A DNA stretch of 64,000 bases from a virus. How positions within the stretch are numbered: the stretch's first letter is position 1; every line of letters begins with the position of its first letter. The position numbers and the translations under genes were made by a program. Below the pieces are notes generated by a model. The model did no database searches, was not told the origin of the DNA, and saw only the letters and a program-made list of their open reading frames with translations. The stretch lies in IMG/VR virus record IMGVR_UViG_3300030099_007533, positions 1-64,000 of that record. One strand, given 5' to 3'. Positions 56,501 to 64,000 of the stretch are shown here, piece by piece.

Positions 56501-59393
56501 CTGGCAACTGTTGTTTTGCAGCATCGACAAATAAGAAGTCTACGACTTTAGTTGAATTAGGGGCAACACCTGCACCTTGACCACTATAGTTCGGACCAAC
56601 AAATTTAGAGTAATTGCCCGCGCCATATCTATCATCTACTGTTATGCTTGAACCAGATGTTATATCCTGCACTAAAAATTTACCAGTTGTGCCAGAACCA
56701 GTAATATTTTCATAATTCCAGTGCAGACCCAAGGTTTGTATTCTTGGAATATAGTTTATTTTTTCATCACCTTCAAATATAAAAGAATTGCGCTGAGGTG
56801 TTAAACGACCAAAGCCGCTTACATCTCTCGCATGGTTACTTAATTCATTGTTTGTCAGGTAATCAAACCACACTCTTGATGAAACAAGCCTTGTGTTCGA
56901 TTTGTAATTTAATGATCCTGTTATGTTTTCTCTATCAGCGCCAACATACATTCTCTTATTAGAGCCTGTTAAAAATTGACCTATCCCGTCACTTATATTC
57001 ACCTCTGATGAGACAGTAAATTCATTAAGCTTATAACCAGCAACATAATTTACACCATAGAACTCTAAATTTAATATATCGGATTGAATAACCTCTTTTG
57101 CATACGGATAACCTTTTGGTTTAGTTCTAACTGCAAACGTCCAGTTTGTGTTATCATACACATCCTCATAGAAAGATGATGTTAAAGAACCAATAGACCC
57201 AATGTTAGTTTCTAATACAAATTGAGTTTTGTTAATACTGTTGGTATCGGCGTAGACTTTAAAATACACATCTCCGACCGGAATTGTCGTCTGAGTTGTG
57301 TCAGCACTTGCGCTGTGGACTCCAAACAAAGAAGCCCTTTCTAACTTGTCCAAGTAGCCATTTGGAAAATTTACAAATTTTGGAAATTGAAATTGATTTT
57401 CAAAGGTTAATGGAATATACGCATTTACTGACGATGACAAGTATCCGCTATCGCCTGTCTCGGCAGCACTTTTTGATGGATCCGCAAATTGATAGACTAC
57501 AACTTCTCTATTTTGACCGTCGTTGTAACCAGATAAATCAACCACATTTCTTTTAACTAATGATGTTTCGTAGTTTTCCCTAATTTCGTACTCTTGATTA
57601 TCTGCGTACATGTTCAAGCGAACAAGTTCATCATCAACCCCAAAGCATCTAAATAAGTTTCTAAATGATTTTTCAGTTCCTTTTGATTTATTAATGTAAT
57701 TTAAGTTGTTAAAGATATTTTGAAAAATTAAATTTTTTAAATTAAAAATCTTATCTTCGTATAAACGTTTTTCATCTTTAAAATATATTTCCTCAATAAC
57801 GCCGGGGTCAATAAATACATCTGGAATATCAAATCCATAAGAAATTAAGTTTCTTTTTGAAAATGGATTGGGTTTAGCATTTGAGCCGCTAACATAAGAA
57901 CCATCTTGTAGTTGTGAAATCGCCGTAATCTGTGCGTGAAGCGTGTCTAAGTAAGTAGACATAATCTGCACCATCTTACGAATTAAAAGCCCGTTAGCGG
58001 CATCGTCGTCCCTTATCCACTGTGGCATCATATTGTACATATTGCCAAGGTTTTCAGCATCATAATTCGAGCCAGAGGCTTGTTTATCCGCCCTGTATGC
58101 TACCACATCTGGGTTCGTGGAATATATAATTGGTGAAGCAACCTCAGTGGCGACTCCAGATTCCGTAATTGCACTACCCGTTGGACGCGATGTGTGACCG
58201 TCTGTATTATATCCAACCCAGACAGCATCAGTTAGCCTCCCTGAATAGTCCAGTACGATGCTATCAACTGATGAATCTCCCGTATTACCTTCATTAAATT
58301 TATAATATAGAGATAATTCCAGCGGGCTGTCTTCGTTCACCTTCGCAGTATCAGTATTGCCGCCGCCGCCAACGTCGAAAAAATAATTGATGCCTATCTG
58401 TTTAGCATCTCTATTCGTCTTCCAAAGTCTTACCTCGTCAATTTCGCCAAGTAAGCCGCCTTCGCCCAAATATCCAGATAGGGATGAGGCTGCAACAGTC
58501 GCGTCTAACGTACCTGTTAGAAGTAAAACGGGGCTTGCTTTAGTTTGATATTTCTTTTCTTGAAAATTACCATCAACATAAATTTCTCCAACATACCCTG
58601 CCGAGTTGGTTGAAAAAGTTAGTGCATAATGGTGCCATGTATTGTCTGCTATATTAGATAAGTTAGTTTCAAAATTGTAAGAAAATTCTGTGTTTGTTAA
58701 CGCCTTGGAAAAGGAAGTTAAAATCTTTGTGGAGGCAGTAACATCCGTGGTGATTTGAAAAAGGTCATTTTCGGTGTTACTAATCGAGAAAATAACCTCA
58801 TTTTTGGTGTCAGTGGCATCGGGGAATGTGCCTTTTTTTAACCAAAACTCAACTGTTACACCATCCGAGAAGTCCAACTCTACGCTGCCAACTTGATTGG
58901 AACCGGTGTTGTAAACTAATTTGTTTGAATAATTATCAGTTAGAATATAGTGACCGTTTCCCTCTGAGCCGCCGAAAGTGAATGTTGTACTACCAACTGT
59001 GAACGGCGTCGAAAGAGACCCATCATATATGGAATCTGTAAAATCAGCATAACCAGTTGTTCTTGGATAATTTTTATCAAATTCGTGTTTTTGGATTGCA
59101 GGCAAACCATTACGATATTTCAATCTCTCTGCAAGTGATCCATCATATGGATAAGATTGAACAATACTGTCTACTAAATCAACATAATAATCTTCTGCCA
59201 AGCCATATTTTACAAAGTTGGATGGATCTTGAAAATCTAATTCTGGTATAAAATTTAATTTGTCTTCTGTATATTCTTTAATATAGTTGATAGACTCAAC
59301 ATTTTGCCCAGCGTCATTAATTGTTGATTTTTCTTGACCGCGTATTTTTGCTTCTTGCGACTTTTGCTTATTGAAAAAACTTTTTGTACCCAT
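50559..59393 (-). CDS. Giant baseplate wedge/fibre protein (gp7 / P2 gpI-like segment plus LamG domains)
   Basis: 2944 aa; LamG motifs (VTVEFWLK, WHHYALT, EIDEVRLW) and NNLNYINKSKGTEKSFRNLFRCFG wedge motif; downstream of the gp25- and gp6-like genes. Confidence 0.65.
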   Translation of the reverse strand: MGTKSFFNKQKSQEAKIRGQEKSTINDAGQNVESINYIKEYTEDKLNFIPELDFQDPSNFVKYGLAEDYYVDLVDSIVQSYPYDGSLAERLKYRNGLPAIQKHEFDKNYPRTTGYADFTDSIYDGSLSTPFTVGSTTFTFGGSEGNGHYILTDNYSNKLVYNTGSNQVGSVELDFSDGVTVEFWLKKGTFPDATDTKNEVIFSISNTENDLFQITTDVTASTKILTSFSKALTNTEFSYNFETNLSNIADNTWHHYALTFSTNSAGYVGEIYVDGNFQEKKYQTKASPVLLLTGTLDATVAASSLSGYLGEGGLLGEIDEVRLWKTNRDAKQIGINYFFDVGGGGNTDTAKVNEDSPLELSLYYKFNEGNTGDSSVDSIVLDYSGRLTDAVWVGYNTDGHTSRPTGSAITESGVATEVASPIIYSTNPDVVAYRADKQASGSNYDAENLGNMYNMMPQWIRDDDAANGLLIRKMVQIMSTYLDTLHAQITAISQLQDGSYVSGSNAKPNPFSKRNLISYGFDIPDVFIDPGVIEEIYFKDEKRLYEDKIFNLKNLIFQNIFNNLNYINKSKGTEKSFRNLFRCFGVDDELVRLNMYADNQEYEIRENYETSLVKRNVVDLSGYNDGQNREVVVYQFADPSKSAAETGDSGYLSSSVNAYIPLTFENQFQFPKFVNFPNGYLDKLERASLFGVHSASADTTQTTIPVGDVYFKVYADTNSINKTQFVLETNIGSIGSLTSSFYEDVYDNTNWTFAVRTKPKGYPYAKEVIQSDILNLEFYGVNYVAGYKLNEFTVSSEVNISDGIGQFLTGSNKRMYVGADRENITGSLNYKSNTRLVSSRVWFDYLTNNELSNHARDVSGFGRLTPQRNSFIFEGDEKINYIPRIQTLGLHWNYENITGSGTTGKFLVQDITSGSSITVDDRYGAGNYSKFVGPNYSGQGAGVAPNSTKVVDFLFVDAAKQQLPENLYSSDLVEIREGDDSLFTRESRPSKYYFAVETSLYDTISREMLGFFASISDFNSLIGNPVNMYRPNYKNLEKLRELFFENIKNDPDLDKFVNLYKWLDGALESVISNLIPASSKTSDKVRNIVESHILERSKYIHKYISLKEYKKEDFIKPPEDNPCKGENCNDPSLTIPASPDLDLTIPAGNNINISKKLPEEIRKAKRRRERTSLRPKPKASELPYITQEIRAPNEVSTMRQGDATFWYNTRVERGPGEFLASGVDSVDVNRAQTRINQFQVVTGSRQTPYVFRADATRAIGTNVGFAGENRKNYFPNSFRVSSGTVGQDGISMHVRSTVTNVHGKPYYDYEEAPDKTYDDNRITPLSIIDQTNERVLSGQKYLPFDVLSASKVTSAYQQYLFDRNLEIKIETKHRDFNGVEGSNLQGPFTEENVGGYMYRHGNLLETDPRIRKEGYQLNIVESTPTTIHLNNPRMVSASSNPEPEYLSDRPLGFWLRETAAKRPVNIKNISGSNYFKDYEIIQTSGRRENNRYYVKSNGFTGSVNASSSLSYDEDGLFFFKDFRILDREHTGSNKFVIVNRFSAPGGPEVNSLAYLDVEAAEYSAYNNLNYRNLIVRLDNNELLTRHTLSGGYDSVLLQPSGAFYKTQRNGVYRLSDTLDTPQPIFDNSYVGHGIPRTDVQYRWVASSWIARKTGYPNNATLHSTSGLLTGTNVNPAFHQNTSDFNPDISSSDYSPIYGYIFSDNIRYIAEGHIEYGVGSNIPVSVAFNGTNYVIVGDVILDKNLFTTASTSDGPGDYYNLPEFSAATAPYVLNGLLLSNNGPYQHPTFKQIRGGEHRVGREYKRKNIYRNQIDVLSDDRQRLERFGAQFSVNQTPVTSKFKPVQQFIDEGTGTIQYELGNDLCYYANVYEAPSNEIKDYSLELDTPAVNIYNTDFYKFSQKFNIINYKETVYPKDENVYKESTRERLDYVSFWISDDLEVRTASTFVNSQGYTINGSQWSMDVSISGSFQEEKSGELMRNTGSNGDPQRHGEANARYMFESTGSGRPNNLVQAQAGTGAFYTSYDKFAEDTRLIGQDQTIIPEFAISDFIHTIISENDGDFLKEEVYGFSLTGSDTLSGNSFSERYGKTEKITYLEQLKDFYGEPTAIRLTFDTTKKLLPKTGFYPQQRVIQLAQQFSSSHANSEYALPGAFSGDPVPLGSNASQETTLMPFWAPGIGLNSIKAGFAVEFPYKSATAQNPSASMTEAYNSIAPFEAIITPSEYVSRIEHIVNSGSTQIDSSGSVNRSDGIYELMAHNFFAEVPEFFLDDLTNFKSSPEEQWQFEGPLSVGSEVKKFAMDITIVSPSEFIQYGNPAAFGPFPYNHHAPPGSYTQATASPVKNIQNVGVTRGGFTKATLVFDPTNLLSTTNRRGQTTFSLADIVANSTIEHTSYLSEAVAGADFMKITASIDMFELGEEDRWTIRSKWECPVLNFVNVTATTFGPGEATQGMWHQYGELASAVDRKRVHISLDETTTTNPALTGSLIQAVGFEPTAKAFGKIKPRQVIEEAVCAVPFFVDCKTGEEKFFELPINIFENRYSLVRNNQVTEDSISNMITKMDKYVLPPVYDFVHTRDEARQILRTKQSFEPAYPPFAMYFFEFSSDLTKQDLANIWQGVMPEIATKAQKQKVVLEHPIVDGELLSPTIFRYNGLNSIPNDIRWKMFKVKKRANYDYYKMLENKTGVRAYKTSGASRFSYNYPYDQFSLVELGKMDVEFEVRNDNPNRIKQIAGGGYIKPEDALAKALNLGQPIEVNTQLQPTSQVETSVCSDEDARELQLLINKSQPTQSALGGPIGGTLTPRESNRLQELLRKCPRPEPVTEQPESFEFVPLPETFIPFTSPEPEPEREPEREPEFTSPEPERTAAVVSTPATTFATAAVASFEAVDFGAIDADSPDPESVEAGDPELCTDEELAELQILSEIQNEVGDAMDPEALRRLQELQGKC

Positions 59394-59425
59394 ATCTTTA
59401 TAATTATTTTGCTATTAAATTTTCA

Positions 59426-61720
59426 TTAACCCGGTAGGTCGTTTTCATCTATTACTCTAAATTTAAATTTGTCCTTGAGTTCATAGTAATTACCTGCATC
59501 ATTAATTAAAAAGCATATCTGGTATGAAAAATCTGGTTCAAATATACTCATATCTAAATCAAAATAATTGCCAGCAGAGTCGTAAGAAAGCTGAGTATAT
59601 GACCCCTCTCCTGAACCTGTTCCATAATTAATTACAATCTCTTCATCGACACGTCTTTGTACCTTATAATACATTTTCTCAATTATTGTTGGCTCAACCA
59701 CTGTTGAAGCGACGGTATAAACTGTTGCTTCAAAATTTTTATTTTGAACAAACACTCTAAAATTAGCGACATCAGTTTTACCATATTCTGCTTGTAAATT
59801 TGTTATATTTACCTTATAAGAATTAATTGGATAGGAAGTTTGTGTATCAAAAGTGTTTACAGACACGGCAGAGGCAGTTAAATATTCTGTTGAGCCGCTG
59901 TGCCAAACGGGGTATAGTTCTGTTACATTAGAGTTGGCATAAGCAAACGATGCAGAATAAATACCTGTTGAAACTTTACTACCTGTTGCGTGTGTGTCAT
60001 TGTTCGCAACAACGCCACCCCCCGCTGGGAGTTGTAGTTTATTGCCCGCTGGGGCGGCGCTGGAGCCCGAATAAACACTTATAAATATTTTATTCTCTAC
60101 TCCAAGACCCGGTATGTCTTGCAGTTGTCCTCTAACATAATTGTACAGATAGAGAGTGTTTAAATTATCTGCTGCGGGCACTCTTGAAGAGCTTAAATAA
60201 AAGTTGGAAGCGTCGTCAGTTCTGTTATCGTTCCAACGAGCCTCAATAACCGGTCTCTTTAAAAAGTATTGACTATCTCTCGCAAAGAATTTTTTTGTGT
60301 AATATGATCTATTAGCAGCTTCTAAACTGGATGATAGAAATACACCAAAACCAAAGCTGGCAGTATTGTTGTTAAGCCACTCTTCAACCTGATGTGTCAC
60401 ATCCACTTCTAAGTCTTCTAATCCAGTTGCAAAAGTTTGTGAATACACTGTAGTCTGGCTACCTGTGCTAAAACGCCCACCTTCATCAAGCCAATATAAA
60501 GCAGTGTTTACAGCATTTGCGACACCATTGCCAGCAAAATCTGTTGTAGAAAAATTAGAGGTTGCTAATCCATTGCCTGTTCCATTATGACCATTACCAG
60601 ATCGGTCTCTTATTGTTGATGCTGTATCAACATCTATAACTTTGTTGGCATCTGTTTCTATTTGCCACCAAGCGACCAACTTTTTTGTAGCATCTGTCGT
60701 ATACGCTTTCGTTTTCACTAAATTGTTTGGAACGCCCTCATTATAAATTTCAAGGATCTGAGTTGAGCTTAACTCTTTGTTCCAAACAGATATTTCATCT
60801 ATTTTTCCATCAAAAAAGTTAGAATCTACAGTCATTGCACCAATTTGCACTGGAGCAGTGGTATTTGCCATTGCAACATAACTTGCATCAGTGCCTAAAG
60901 TTAAAGTTTGTGACACTCCATTAATATAGAGTTTCATTCCAGAGGTAGCTGCTGAACCGCCGCGACCATCGTATGTTGCTGCAACATGATACCACCTCCC
61001 TGTTGCAATTGAACTTGCGGGGGATTGTGCGATCATACGAGGGGTGCTGCCAACAGTCTCATCTTCAAACTCAAGATATAGTTGTCCCGTCGATAACACA
61101 AAAAATTGCCATTCGCGCTGACCTGACGCACGCTTAGTAATAATTGGTCTGTGGTCCGAGAGACTATCAATATTGATCCATGCGCTTAGTGAAAAAGGGT
61201 TATCATTCGCGCCATCGCCATAAGAAAATGCATTGTTGTCTGCCACTTGAACATATTCATCAGAACCATTCAATTCTAATGAACAATCACTGAAAGATCC
61301 TGCTTTGCGAGTTAGCCAAGTTGAGCCTTGACCGCCATTACCAATGCCGGGGTCACTATAATCTTCCATATCCAGACCATCGCCTTCATCCCAAGATTGA
61401 GAGATGGCTGCAATCGAAAGAGTGAAATTTGTTGGTGTTGTTGACGTATGTTCGGCATTAAACATACGAAGATAGAAATCAACAGAACCGGATTCTGGGA
61501 TATTTCCATCATTTCTTGATGCGGAAAGGGTATCAAGGTCAAATTCGATTAAGGCTCTTGATAATTCCCCAGAGGATGTTGTCGCTTGTGCGTATAGACT
61601 AAACACTTCTAACACATCTGACTGCCCCATATTTGCAGTTGTACCACGAGTAGTTAAGTTCTCCTTAAAAGCATTAGTAATTGTATTGTCTTTTGTTGCT
61701 TTAAACCTTCTAATTGCCAT
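59426..61720 (-). CDS. Virion protein with an inserted LamG domain
   Basis: SRALIEFD...SWDEG N-terminal beta-sandwich; LamG motifs FSLSAWIN, WYHVAATY, LYING and FDGKIDEISVWN. Confidence 0.7.
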   Translation of the reverse strand: MAIRRFKATKDNTITNAFKENLTTRGTTANMGQSDVLEVFSLYAQATTSSGELSRALIEFDLDTLSASRNDGNIPESGSVDFYLRMFNAEHTSTTPTNFTLSIAAISQSWDEGDGLDMEDYSDPGIGNGGQGSTWLTRKAGSFSDCSLELNGSDEYVQVADNNAFSYGDGANDNPFSLSAWINIDSLSDHRPIITKRASGQREWQFFVLSTGQLYLEFEDETVGSTPRMIAQSPASSIATGRWYHVAATYDGRGGSAATSGMKLYINGVSQTLTLGTDASYVAMANTTAPVQIGAMTVDSNFFDGKIDEISVWNKELSSTQILEIYNEGVPNNLVKTKAYTTDATKKLVAWWQIETDANKVIDVDTASTIRDRSGNGHNGTGNGLATSNFSTTDFAGNGVANAVNTALYWLDEGGRFSTGSQTTVYSQTFATGLEDLEVDVTHQVEEWLNNNTASFGFGVFLSSSLEAANRSYYTKKFFARDSQYFLKRPVIEARWNDNRTDDASNFYLSSSRVPAADNLNTLYLYNYVRGQLQDIPGLGVENKIFISVYSGSSAAPAGNKLQLPAGGGVVANNDTHATGSKVSTGIYSASFAYANSNVTELYPVWHSGSTEYLTASAVSVNTFDTQTSYPINSYKVNITNLQAEYGKTDVANFRVFVQNKNFEATVYTVASTVVEPTIIEKMYYKVQRRVDEEIVINYGTGSGEGSYTQLSYDSAGNYFDLDMSIFEPDFSYQICFLINDAGNYYELKDKFKFRVIDENDLPG

Positions 61721-63516
61721 TAGACTACCACTCCAATAATATTTTCATCTGGAAACTTTAATTCCATAACTACGTTTTCTGGGACAATGATGAATCTACC
61801 ATCATCTGTTGTCGCACCATCAATATCAAAAGAGAATCCGCTATAGTTTGTGCCAAACTTCTGCTTTATTCTTACATCTTGAGTGTCAATGACAGAATCT
61901 AAATCATTTAGAATTCTATATATTTCTGAAATATAAAATGGTGCTCCAAACAAAGATTGTACTGCATAAAAACTTTTTAATGCGTTGTTACATTGTTCCA
62001 AAACTTCAGTTTGATTGTAGTCTAAAGCTCCCAATACTTTATATTCAATGCTAAAGTTAACAACTTGACCATCTAAAATATCAATTGTGTCGTTAATCAT
62101 TTTGTATTGACTTAACCAAACTTTTAAATTTTCTTTTGTTGTTGATGGTGTTGTTGTTAAGTTGCCATCCAAGCCTTGTGACAAAACAAACAAATTTAAA
62201 TTTCTTTTAAACGAGTCTTTGTCCTGCACAATGTTGGTTCTTTTAACAGAGCCAAATTTTGCTGGCATTCTATACACTAAACTTACATAGTCTTGCTGTG
62301 TAACTGCTCTATTCTGTGAAGAATAAGCATTAAGGGCTCGGACTCTTATTTCATCTGATACCAAACTATTTGTTGAGCCAAGAATTGGTTCCTCGTTTTC
62401 AACATCTAAAGAATTTTGAGCAAAAACTAAGTTTTCATTAGATACAGCGGAACTGTTTGGAAATGACAATATCGCGTCAACAATCGTATTTACTGAATTG
62501 ACTGGGATGTTGACGGTGCTTTGATCATTTTTTCTATACGTTACCACCAAGTCTCCAGAAGGTGGCACAACGCCAAACTTGTCATTTTTTAATAAAACCG
62601 ATGGGTCAAAACTATCATCAGAATAATAATCACGCGCATATCTTTGCAACGCTACAGAGGAAGGGTCAGGATATTCATCGCTTTTTAAACTATTTTCCGA
62701 TCCAAAGCCAAACTGAATTGATACAGTCCCATCCTCTTCAACTTCTGTAATAAATCTTCTTGAAGCCAACTTTTCCCTTAAAACATATGGTGCGTCATCC
62801 TCTCCATCCTTGTTTGGATTTCTTATTGGTTGCAAGGTTACGTTGTGGGATAAATAAGGGACTTCAAAATACTCATTACCCTCAGAATCAACAATTGAAA
62901 TTATCTCTGTAATATTTTCATCTGATAAAGAAATTTTTAGAAATTTCTGGTATTCTCCAACCGTCAGAATTTCTGTGTTTATAAAACCAGATATGACATC
63001 GCCATATGCCTTAAAAGCAAAAGATGTTGGATCACCATTTGCATCAGTCTGTGCAACAACAACCTCTGCATCAGATTTATTAAAATCAACATCAGAGGTT
63101 AAGATGAGGGAAGTCCCATTGTTGCTTGATAAAGTTGTACCTTCTTTTAATATTGGTATTAAATCTGTATTTGGTGTTTTATTTGTATTTGCTGGCACTT
63201 GTACATAAAATGCCGCTTTCCCATTAGCAGAAAAAGCCATGGGGTTTTTGTATCCAAATTGTTTGGCAATTTTTAATAAATTTTTAGTTTCAATCGCACT
63301 GTCAACAAATGACTCGTTTGTTTGATAGTCTATGTAAAAAGATAACATGTCACCAACATAAGCAACAGTGTCCAACATTAATGAGCCAAACGATGAGGCA
63401 TTAAAATCTTTAAAAGTATCAGGGTAGTATGTCTTCGCATAATTTACTAAAGAATCTTTAATAGTGTCAAATTCTTTACTGGAATATTTTACTGGTTTTG
63501 TTTTCTTATCCGCCAT
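61720..63516 (-). CDS. Baseplate wedge protein (T4 gp6 / P2 gpJ-like)
   Basis: DFNASSFGSLMLDTVAYVGDMLSFYID, IQFGFG and QNRAVTQQDY motifs. Confidence 0.9.
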   Translation of the reverse strand: MADKKTKPVKYSSKEFDTIKDSLVNYAKTYYPDTFKDFNASSFGSLMLDTVAYVGDMLSFYIDYQTNESFVDSAIETKNLLKIAKQFGYKNPMAFSANGKAAFYVQVPANTNKTPNTDLIPILKEGTTLSSNNGTSLILTSDVDFNKSDAEVVVAQTDANGDPTSFAFKAYGDVISGFINTEILTVGEYQKFLKISLSDENITEIISIVDSEGNEYFEVPYLSHNVTLQPIRNPNKDGEDDAPYVLREKLASRRFITEVEEDGTVSIQFGFGSENSLKSDEYPDPSSVALQRYARDYYSDDSFDPSVLLKNDKFGVVPPSGDLVVTYRKNDQSTVNIPVNSVNTIVDAILSFPNSSAVSNENLVFAQNSLDVENEEPILGSTNSLVSDEIRVRALNAYSSQNRAVTQQDYVSLVYRMPAKFGSVKRTNIVQDKDSFKRNLNLFVLSQGLDGNLTTTPSTTKENLKVWLSQYKMINDTIDILDGQVVNFSIEYKVLGALDYNQTEVLEQCNNALKSFYAVQSLFGAPFYISEIYRILNDLDSVIDTQDVRIKQKFGTNYSGFSFDIDGATTDDGRFIIVPENVVMELKFPDENIIGVVV

Positions 63517-63517
63517 A

Positions 63518-63895
63518 TTAAATGAACCCCTTTACATCCAAATTTAATGTATCACTCACTGATAAAGTAGGTATAATATATTCAACTCTCAAATTTGCCG
63601 TATTTTCCTCTATTTTTGTAGTCACATCTAATATTTGCACAAATGGCAAATATTTGCCCACTTGTGTAAATAGTCTTTCTTTCAAGTCTTCTAAAATATC
63701 ATCTGTTGCATTTTCAAATAAAAGAGCATAAAACCCAACACCAAAATCAGGATCCATGACTCTCTCACCGGGATTAGTAAAAATTAAATTTTTTAAGTTC
63801 TGTTTTGTATTCTCTGTTAAATCTTGCGTTAAAAGATATGGACCATCACTTTTTGTGTACGCCAAAGGTAATTTTGCGGAAATGCCTGTTGTCAT
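63518..63895 (-). CDS. Baseplate wedge / sheath initiator (T4 gp25-like)
   Basis: QNLKNLIFTNPGERVMDPDFGVG motif. Confidence 0.92.
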   Translation of the reverse strand: MTTGISAKLPLAYTKSDGPYLLTQDLTENTKQNLKNLIFTNPGERVMDPDFGVGFYALLFENATDDILEDLKERLFTQVGKYLPFVQILDVTTKIEENTANLRVEYIIPTLSVSDTLNLDVKGFI

Positions 63896-64000
63896 TTATG
63901 AAACCTCTATAGAATCTACTAAAGTAATTAGATTTTGATCAATAATATCGTCCATTTTGTTAGCCTCGGAAATAAAATTGTCAAGTAGTTCTGTTTTAGA
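63896..64000 (-). CDS. C-terminal end of an upstream gene (partial)
   Basis: Open frame SKTELLDNFISEANKMDDIIDQNLITLVDSIEVS-stop, ending directly before the gp25-like ATG. Confidence 0.5.
   Translation of the reverse strand, partial: SKTELLDNFISEANKMDDIIDQNLITLVDSIEVS

Noticed and set aside
63667-63674. ACTATTTA copy inside the gp25-like gene
   Set aside because: About 150 nt from the next start and within coding sequence; compatible with chance.
322-63938. Many plus-strand ORFs of 60-184 aa in the ORF track
   Set aside because: They lie antisense to well-supported minus-strand genes and show no recognisable motifs; they are shadow ORFs.
1-64000. Stop-codon reassignment, as seen in some large phages
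   Set aside because: Conserved genes are full length in the standard code, and TAA, TAG and TGA all end genes at sensible boundaries.
1-64000. tRNA genes, CRISPR arrays, introns/inteins, integrase or IS elements
   Set aside because: Intergenic gaps are too short, no repeat-spacer pattern was seen, and terminase, helicase and RecA have normal lengths. This was checked by eye only.

Overview
This window is a 64 kb piece of a large, AT-rich, T4-like myovirus genome. Essentially every real gene is on the minus strand and the genes are densely packed. Read in the direction of transcription (right to left), it holds: baseplate wedge and LamG-lectin virion genes, including a 2944-aa protein; a RuvC-like resolvase, a primase and a single-chain Mre11-Rad50 (SbcD-SbcC) fusion; a small membrane/lysis-like block; terminase, portal, prohead protease, a phage ribosomal protein bS21, scaffold and major capsid; neck, sheath, two tail tubes, tail chaperone, tape measure, LysM and hub genes; then a replication block (minimal family A polymerase, divergent tubulin/FtsZ-like protein, gp32-like SSB, RecA/UvsX, 5'-3' exonuclease, DnaB-like helicase, and the start of a class II ribonucleotide reductase). 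Signals the ORF track misses: (1) a 20-codon ORF with 9 cysteines (MCGCDNCKCEKDCGCDCCCG) and a good Shine-Dalgarno (SD) site, resembling a minimal metallothionein; (2) a probable -2/+1 programmed frameshift on a U8 run in the tail chaperone just before the tape measure gene; (3) a recurrent ACTAWTTA upstream motif, a candidate late promoter; (4) a 33-aa Cys-rich ORF ending in a hairpin; (5) a dispersed family of proteins with capsid-targeting-like leaders, one carrying a toxin-type RNase motif. All family assignments come from motif recognition by eye and synteny; no database search was run.
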